Source: Candidatus Moraniibacteriota bacterium
GTDB taxonomy: Bacteria > Patescibacteriota > Minisyncoccia > Moranbacterales > GWC2-37-73
Direction: 5' to 3'
Assembly (NCBI GenBank): GCA_003507445.1
Contig: DNVR01000019.1
Span: 142,132-206,131, forward strand
DNA length: 64,000 bases
Shown: piece after piece, positions 58,217 through 64,000 of the stretch
How the letters are laid out: each line of letters begins with the position of its first letter
Position numbering within the stretch: the first letter of the stretch is position 1
The notes under the pieces: generated by a model
The model's database searches: none
What the model was told of the DNA's origin: nothing
Seen by the model: the letters and a program-made list of their open reading frames with translations, nothing else
Made by a program: the position numbers and the translations under genes

Positions 58217-58422
58217 GAGTCTTGTACCTGCCCAGTTAAATTTATTAGTATTTAACAGGGTTACTAATTAACAAAAAGCATACTTTTTCTGGTCAGTCCT
58301 GTCTCAAAAAAATGAGATTTCTGGCTAATAAAAGGGAAAAAGTAGGTGGTCGCTCTGCGACATAAAGGAAACTCGCGCTGGAAAGCCTCATTTTTGGGGA
58401 GATTTAGCTAGGGTAAAAAAAT

Positions 58423-59175
58423 ATGCAAAACAACGAAACTGCTGTAGCAGTAGAAGAAAAAGAAGGGCGAGAAAGCTATTTCGCTTCTCTTGATGTGTCT
58501 AAAATTGAGCAAAGTCTTGAGGAAATGATGAAGGCTGGTGTGCATTTTGGTCATCAAAAAGCTCGCCGAAACCCAAAAATGGATGAATATATCTTTACAA
58601 CTCGTAAAGGAATCAACATTATTGATCTTCAAAAGACTCAGGAAAAAATCCAAGAAGCGCTTGATTTTCTTGTCGGTGTGAAGAAAAGCGGTAAAGCAAT
58701 TCTTTTTGTTGGAACAAAAATTCAAGCTAAGGAACTTGTGAGAGATTTGGCAGGAGCTTTGCAAATGCCATTTGTTAGTGAAAGATGGCTTGGTGGAACA
58801 TTTACAAATTTTAAGGTTATTCGCGGACGAACTCGATATTTGGTTGACAGTGAGGGAATGCTTGCTCGTGGTGAATTCAAGAAATATACAAAGTTTGAGC
58901 AAATGAAAAAAATGGAAGAATTGGAAAAGATGGAAAAAAGAATGGGTGGAATCAAAAATATGGCAGATCTTCCCGGAGTAGTTTTTGCTGCAAGTATTAA
59001 AGAAGATAACCTAGCAATTACTGAAGCTAAGAAAATGGGTATTCCTGTGATTGCAATTGCTGATACAAACGTGGATCCATCTCAAATTGATTTTCCAATT
59101 CCTGCAAATGATGATGCAATTTCATCTCTCAGACTTATCCTTTCTTATGTTTATAAGTCAATCAAAGAAGCATAA
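58423..59175 (+). CDS. rpsB: 30S ribosomal protein S2
   Basis: MMKAGVHFGHQKARRNPKMDEYIF conserved S2 N-terminus. Confidence 0.92.
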   Translation: MQNNETAVAVEEKEGRESYFASLDVSKIEQSLEEMMKAGVHFGHQKARRNPKMDEYIFTTRKGINIIDLQKTQEKIQEALDFLVGVKKSGKAILFVGTKIQAKELVRDLAGALQMPFVSERWLGGTFTNFKVIRGRTRYLVDSEGMLARGEFKKYTKFEQMKKMEELEKMEKRMGGIKNMADLPGVVFAASIKEDNLAITEAKKMGIPVIAIADTNVDPSQIDFPIPANDDAISSLRLILSYVYKSIKEA

Positions 59176-59307
59176 TATTTCATAATTACTAATTACCAAT
59201 TACTAATTTCTAACAAAAACAAAAATAAAAAATGTCTAATTGTTTGAAATTTGACATTGAAAATTTTATTAGATATTAGAAATTAGATATTAGAAATTTT
59301 TAAACCT

Positions 59308-59883
59308 ATGTTTGAACTAGTAAAAAAAATTAGAGAGCGTACTGGAGCTGGAATGGTTGCAATTAAAAAAGCTGTTGATGAAGCTGGTGGTGATGAGGAA
59401 AAGGCAATCGAAATTCTTCGCAAGCAGGGAGAAAGCAAGGCTGCCAAAAAAGCAGATCGCGTCACAAAGGAGGGCGTTGTTGTTTCTTATGTGCATTCAA
59501 ATAAGGTTGGTGCTTTGGTTAAATTGCTTTGCGAAACTGACTTTGTTGCTCGCAATGAGGAATTTGTTGCGCTTGCCAAAGACATCGCAATGCATATTAC
59601 AGCAATGAGTCCAAAGTTTATCAAACCGGAAGATGTGCCAACTGAATTGATTGAAAAAGAGAAGGAAATTTGGCGTGCACTTTTGGAAACTGAGAAAAAG
59701 CCCGCAGAAATGATTGAGAAAATTATGGCAGGGAAAGAAAAGAAGTTCAGAGAAGAGTCAGCACTTTTAACTCAATCTTTCGTTAAAAATCCAGAGATCA
59801 CAGTTAATGAATTGATTGTGGAAGCTATTGGAAAAATGGGAGAAAAAATTGAAGTTAGTGAAATTTCAAGAATTGAATTATAA
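59308..59883 (+). CDS. tsf: Elongation factor Ts (short form)
   Basis: VKKIRERTGAGMVAIKKAVDEAGGDEEKAIEILRKQG is the UBA-like EF-Ts N-terminus. Confidence 0.88.
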   Translation: MFELVKKIRERTGAGMVAIKKAVDEAGGDEEKAIEILRKQGESKAAKKADRVTKEGVVVSYVHSNKVGALVKLLCETDFVARNEEFVALAKDIAMHITAMSPKFIKPEDVPTELIEKEKEIWRALLETEKKPAEMIEKIMAGKEKKFREESALLTQSFVKNPEITVNELIVEAIGKMGEKIEVSEISRIEL

Positions 59884-59961
59884 ATTGAAGTATAATTTTT
59901 TGTACAATAAAGCAAGCATTTTGTTGTGAGTCGTAAGTTGTTAGTTGTAAGTCAATTTATG

Positions 59962-60735
59962 TATAGATATTCAGTTCGTGTGTATAGCTGGGAACCGGCG
60001 CGTCAATGCAAGAGTGAAAATGAATTTCAAACTGGCGACACCATTGTCGTAAAGGAGGATTTGGCTACTGAAATTGCATATATCGAAGATGGCGAAGGGG
60101 TTGTGATGAAAGAAAGAAACACTACGATTGTTCGTAAGGCAACGCAGCGAGATTTGGATATGCTTGCAAAGAATGAAGAAAAAAAAGGAGAAATTTTGAA
60201 ATTGAGCAAAATAGAAATCAAGCGCTTGTCGCTGAATATGAAACTGGTGGATGTGCATATTAGTCTTGATGGAAGTAATGCCGTTATTCTTTTTACTGCT
60301 GATGAGCGAGTTGATTTTCGCGAGTTGGTAAAAAATCTTTCCAAAATCTTTCATCGCTCCGTGCGAATGCATCAAGTTGGTTCGCGCGATGAAGCGAGAA
60401 AACTTGGAGGATGTGGAGTTTGCGGCAGAGATCTTTGTTGTTTGCGTTTTCCAGGGAGCTTGCCTAGCATTTCAATTGATATGGCTCGCGTGCAACAAGT
60501 TGCACACAGGGGAAGTGAAAGAATCTCTGGGGTTTGTGGGCGACTCATGTGTTGTCTTTCATATGAAGCTGCTCAATATCAGCAAATGATGGTTGGAATG
60601 CCTGAAGTTCGAAGTCATGTGAAAATTCGCGAAGGCAAAGGCGAGGTTATCGAATTGAATGTATTGACAGGAGATGTTAAGATAAGGATGGCTGACGGAA
60701 CGATTATGGTTGTGAAGAAAGAGGCACTCATCTAA
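59962..60735 (+). CDS. PSP1 C-terminal domain protein (YaaT/RicT-like)
   Basis: Cys clusters GGCGVCGRDLCCLRF and SGVCGRLMCCLSYE typical of the PSP1/RicT domain. Confidence 0.6.
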   Translation, partial: YRYSVRVYSWEPARQCKSENEFQTGDTIVVKEDLATEIAYIEDGEGVVMKERNTTIVRKATQRDLDMLAKNEEKKGEILKLSKIEIKRLSLNMKLVDVHISLDGSNAVILFTADERVDFRELVKNLSKIFHRSVRMHQVGSRDEARKLGGCGVCGRDLCCLRFPGSLPSISIDMARVQQVAHRGSERISGVCGRLMCCLSYEAAQYQQMMVGMPEVRSHVKIREGKGEVIELNVLTGDVKIRMADGTIMVVKKEALI

Positions 60736-60763
60736 ATTTCTTCCTAATTTTTTCAAAATAATT

Positions 60764-61444
60764 TTGAATCAAATGTTAAACTATATCTTACCACCAATAA
60801 TAATTGTTATCAGCATTTCTATTTTGATAATGTTTCTTTTTCGTAAAGCTGCGCAGATTCCAGCGGGAGAATTTATTGCAGATGAACAAAGAAATGAAAA
60901 TGAAAAAAAGAGTTTCAAGTTGTTTCAAGCAGTTGGACAATTGGGATTGAAAATATTGGAAAGATTGATGCATCATTCAAAATTGTTGTCACTTAAGTTT
61001 CACAATGTTAGCAATGCTTGGTTCCAAACAATTCGTGAAAAAAGACAACGAAGTGTACAATTGCAAAAAGAAGAGCAGGAGAAAAAAGTTTTGCTTAATA
61101 CTGAATTCCAACAGACTGATGAAGTGAAGGACAGTGAGGCTGTGAATGTTCAATATAAAAGTAATGTTGTGGAAGAAGTGAGAACATCCAGACCAATGGT
61201 TAAAGATGCCGTAACAATGCCTAGGCAAAAAATGGTAAAAGAAAAAAATCAATTGGAAGAAGCATTGATCAAACGAATTGCTGTAAACCCTCGTGACATA
61301 GAAGCATACGAAAGATTGGGGGATTATTATTTGGAAGGAGACAATTTTCAAGATTCACTGGAATGTTTCAAGCAAGTCCTGCGTTTGAGCCCTGCTCATC
61401 ACAAAGCACGTCTTAGAATCAGGAGACTTGAAAGAATGAAATAG
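60764..61444 (+). CDS. Hypothetical membrane-anchored protein with C-terminal TPR-like helical repeat
   Basis: N-terminal TM (ILPPIIIVISISILIMFLF); C-terminal RLGDYYLEGDNFQDSLECFKQVLRLSPAHHKA resembles a TPR. Confidence 0.4.
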   Translation: MNQMLNYILPPIIIVISISILIMFLFRKAAQIPAGEFIADEQRNENEKKSFKLFQAVGQLGLKILERLMHHSKLLSLKFHNVSNAWFQTIREKRQRSVQLQKEEQEKKVLLNTEFQQTDEVKDSEAVNVQYKSNVVEEVRTSRPMVKDAVTMPRQKMVKEKNQLEEALIKRIAVNPRDIEAYERLGDYYLEGDNFQDSLECFKQVLRLSPAHHKARLRIRRLERMK

Positions 61445-61467
61445 ATAGTGTAAGATTGGAAGATATT

Positions 61468-61539
61468 GCCACCCTAGCTCAACGGTAGAGCTACTGTTTT
61501 GTAAACAGTAGGTTATCGGTTCAAATCCGGTGGGTGGCT
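61468..61539 (+). tRNA. tRNA-Thr (anticodon TGT)
   Basis: Acceptor gccaccc/gggtggc, D-arm agctcaacggtagagc, anticodon loop ttTGTaa, T-loop ggttcaaatcc. Confidence 0.8.
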
Positions 61540-61577
61540 CAAGATGGATAGAGGAATATAAGAGTAGTTTTTAAAAT

Positions 61578-61660
61578 GGGCGGATGGCAGAGCGGTCAAA
61601 TGCTCCGCACTGTAAATGCGGCGCCTTCGGGCTACGGGGGTTCGAATCCCTCTCCTCCCA
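61578..61660 (+). tRNA. tRNA-Tyr (anticodon GTA), long variable arm
   Basis: Anticodon stem ccgca/tgcgg with loop ctGTAaa, long variable arm gcgccttcgggc, T-loop ttcgaat. One acceptor-stem mismatch. Confidence 0.75.
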
Positions 61661-61698
61661 CAGTATAAAACAAAAGAGAAAAATTGCAGAAGTAAAAC

Positions 61699-61970
61699 GC
61701 CGTTGTAGCTCAGTTGGTAGAGCACATCCTTGGTAAACTCCCTGCCCACCATTTAGGAAACTGAATGGCGAATCCCGAATAACGGTTAAAGGCCTTGCAT
61801 TGGGTTCAGACCGTGGCGTGAATAATTTTTTTCGCCCGAACGACTGACAAGGGGAGCTAAGTCCGATGGATATGCTTAATATACAGTCTAATCCTCTACA
61901 ATAGATGCAATATAAAAAATAGAGGTGCAAATGAGGGATGAGGTCACCGGTCCGATTCCGGTCAACGGCT
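61699..61970 (+). tRNA. tRNA-Thr (anticodon GGT) interrupted by ~199-nt intervening sequence (candidate group I intron, 61735-61933)
   Basis: 5' half gccgttgtagctcagttggtagagcacatccttGGT is canonical through the anticodon. The complementary 3' half (ag)ggatg-aggtc-accggtccgattccggt-caacggc-t lies about 200 nt downstream. The acceptor halves are perfectly complementary. Confidence 0.55.
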
Positions 61971-62073
61971 CAGGTTTGAATAAATTAATTATCATATAAC
62001 ATAAAACATATAGCATATAACATGGGATGCAGGGTTGCTCCATGATCAATGCTCCATGTTCCATGAAAATATT

Positions 62074-62238
62074 ATGGCGACAAAGACAAAGGAAAATCTA
62101 GTGAAACTAAAGTGCAGCGAATGCAAAGAAATCAACTATTACACTTCACGTAACAAAAAGAAGATCAAAGAAAAACTTGAACTGAACAAATTCTGCAATC
62201 ATTGCAGAAAACACACTGAACACAAGGAAATGAAGTAG
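62074..62238 (+). CDS. rpmG: 50S ribosomal protein L33
   Basis: MATKTKENLVKLKCSECKEINYYTSRNKK...LELNKFCNHCRKHTEHKE is the L33 zinc-ribbon. The ORF-track 5' extension is a heptamer-repeat block. Confidence 0.8.
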   Translation: MATKTKENLVKLKCSECKEINYYTSRNKKKIKEKLELNKFCNHCRKHTEHKEMK

Positions 62239-62304
62239 TCAATTTACCCGCTTTATGGCGGGTAAATAATTTTAAATTTGAAATTCCACGCCTAGCGTGG
62301 GCAT

Positions 62305-62375
62305 GCGGGCGTCGTATAGTGGTAGTACGTCGGTCTCCAAAACCGTTGGCGTGGGTTCGATTCCTGCCGCCCGTG
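62305..62375 (+). tRNA. tRNA-Trp (anticodon CCA)
   Basis: Anticodon loop ctCCAaa matches tRNA-Trp arm CGGTCTCCAAAACCG. T-loop ttcgatt. rpmG-tRNA-Trp linkage is a conserved arrangement. Confidence 0.8.
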
Positions 62376-62388
62376 CAGATAAATTTAA

Positions 62389-62418
62389 AAAGCACCTATT
62401 TTTTAATAGGTGCTTTTT
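62389..62418 (+). terminator. Rho-independent terminator aaaaagcacctatt-ttttaa-taggtgcttttt
   Basis: Perfect 10-bp stem. Confidence 0.6.
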
Positions 62419-62706
62419 AAATTTATTCTTCTTGGACACGGCAGGAATCGAAGGGTATTTCAAAAATGCAAACGATTTTGCATTTTTGAAAACCCCGGCT
62501 CTGGAGGAGGAATTTCTCTGCGTACTCGCGAGAAATTTCGGGGGAAGAGGATTCCTGCACCCCGTGCAAAAATAGCTTAAAAACGCTTAAATAAAGCGTT
62601 TTTTGCGTTTTATATTTGACAAAATAAATTAATTGACATACAATTCAATGTTACTAAAATTAGTGTATAATAGATTTTTCAATTTTAGTATTGAAAGGAG
62701 AAAGAA

Positions 62707-62907
62707 ATGAAGAGAAAAGTAACATTCAGAAGGTACGCCTTGCCGAGTCCAGGAGAGGAAGATGAGAGGGGAGATTTCATCGATTCCTTCAGTGAGGAAA
62801 TTGAAGGGGTGAATCTCATGGACATCGGTGAAAAAGCAGATGAGAGAGCTGAACAGCTTTCGAAAGAATGGAAAGAGGATGTGCAAGTTTTTGAAATTCT
62901 CGTATGA
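62707..62907 (+). CDS. Hypothetical small acidic protein (66 aa)
   Basis: SD aaaggag; TTGACA-N17-TACAAT promoter upstream. Locally higher GC and different codon usage than surroundings. Confidence 0.4.
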   Translation: MKRKVTFRRYALPSPGEEDERGDFIDSFSEEIEGVNLMDIGEKADERAEQLSKEWKEDVQVFEILV

Positions 62908-62959
62908 GTTGTAGTTCATTTCAGCGGACATAAGTCCATCAAAAAGGAGGAGGTACGGT

Positions 62960-63259
62960 ATGAAAAATCAGAATGGCTACACTCTTGTTGAGTTACTGAT
63001 TGTTCTGGTTATTGTGTTCATTGTTTGTGGCTACGGACTCATTGGTGCAGGGGTTATGGGGAATGCATGGTTTACTGAGAAAGGGGTTTTAAAGAAAATC
63101 CAGGCAAATCATCCTAAGATAACAAAACTCATTGACACAGAGAGAAACATGTTTCGGTATTCGGTTATTACCGTAGAGGAGAATGATCAAAGAAAGCAGT
63201 ACGACCTTGATTCTAATGTTCTCTTTAATTACAAAATCCTGAATCATGGAAGTAAATAG
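62960..63259 (+). CDS. Prepilin-type N-terminal cleavage/methylation domain protein (type IV pilin/pseudopilin-like)
   Basis: SD aaaaggaggagg. N-terminus NGYTLVELLIVLVIVFIV matches the class III signal motif G/FTLIELLIV. Confidence 0.65.
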   Translation: MKNQNGYTLVELLIVLVIVFIVCGYGLIGAGVMGNAWFTEKGVLKKIQANHPKITKLIDTERNMFRYSVITVEENDQRKQYDLDSNVLFNYKILNHGSK

Positions 63260-63534
63260 TGTCCAAAAGTGATTCAAAAAAGTGCATCTTGGTATTGCCA
63301 GGCTCTGCACTTTTTTAATTGTTCAAATTTGCTGTAATAAGGCTTGAGCACGTTGTAATCTGACATCAATTCTGTCCCAATTTTCCAAAATTTGCTGTCA
63401 GTGGTATTTTCTTCAGAGGCGGGAAGGCACAGTCTTGTGCGGTTATAAAAAATCTTTGGCTAACTTTTTTGAATAGGGTAATGTGTGAGATTGAAACTGT
63501 GCTATGATGTTAGTATAAGTTTTAAAATAATTTT

Positions 63535-63930
63535 ATGAATTCATACAATTGGTATTCGCAGCTCATCAAGCCTGTTTGGTCTCCGCCAGCTTTTCTTTTC
63601 GGACCGGTTTGGACATTTCTATATGTTTTGATTGCTGTATCTTTTGGAAAAGTTTTTTGGATGTTTTGGAAAAAGGAAATAGCATTTGCTGTGGCTTTGC
63701 CATTTTTGCTCAATCTTGTTTTTAATTTCGCTTTTACTCCGCTTCAATTTGGGCTTAAGAATAATCTTTTGGCAGCAGTTGATATTTTGCTTGTGCTGGG
63801 AACTCTTGTTTGGGCAATGATTGCGATTTATCCGCATTCACGCTGGATTGCATATATTCAAATCCCATATTTGCTTTGGGTTTCGTTCGCAACAATTTTA
63901 CAGCTGACGATTACTTATTTAAACAGGTAG
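63535..63930 (+). CDS. TspO/MBR family tryptophan-rich sensory protein (short)
   Basis: W-rich pattern WYSQLIKPVWSPPAFLFGPVWTFLY... and 4-5 TM helices. Confidence 0.65.
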   Translation: MNSYNWYSQLIKPVWSPPAFLFGPVWTFLYVLIAVSFGKVFWMFWKKEIAFAVALPFLLNLVFNFAFTPLQFGLKNNLLAAVDILLVLGTLVWAMIAIYPHSRWIAYIQIPYLLWVSFATILQLTITYLNR

Positions 63931-64000
63931 TGAAAATATAAAGTTCAAAAGCGTCTTTGTGCGTGAGAAAATACAAAAAAAGAATTACGTATTAAATTGC

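Overview
Window of about 64 kb from an AT-rich (roughly one-third GC by eye), gene-dense bacterial chromosome. Gene content and style suggest a Patescibacteria/CPR-like or other small-genome low-GC bacterium; this is inference. The gene content includes many glycosyltransferases and PMT/ArnT-family transferases, prepilin, short ribosomal-protein genes, and miaA/miaB. Recognisable housekeeping genes: gatB, miaA, miaB, thrS, dnaE, rnhB, rpmF, nusB, rnc, murD, murA, mreB, holB, prfA, prmC, rpmE, rpsB, tsf, rpmG, folA. RNA genes: tRNA-Thr(UGU), tRNA-Tyr(GUA), tRNA-Trp(CCA), and a tRNA-Thr(GGU) gene that appears split by an intervening sequence of about 199 nt (candidate group I intron). Other clusters: two adjacent GT4 glycosyltransferases, two PMT/ArnT-family membrane glycosyltransferases, a GT2 plus a WecA/MraY-like enzyme, and Nudix/MazG house-cleaning enzymes. 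Unusual content: (1) an operon-like block of seven mostly uncharacterised genes (35.0-45.0 kb) led by a near-consensus sigma70 promoter with palindromic operator-like sites, containing a DHH-motif protein, membrane proteins and a TrwB/TraD/VirD4-like membrane ATPase; (2) two copies of a ~134-bp element whose ~90-bp core is in opposite orientation between identical inverted repeats (invertible-switch signature); (3) a MITE-like palindromic element family (termini TTTGTCATTCC / GGAATGACAAA) whose internal hairpins show compensatory changes, with partial copies inserted in-frame into prmC; (4) pervasive heptanucleotide tandem-repeat words (3-4 copies each) in intergenic DNA and in-frame inside conserved genes; (5) an 800-bp AT-rich ORF-free region with three DnaA-box matches next to a lysine-rich histone-like mini-gene that the ORF track missed.
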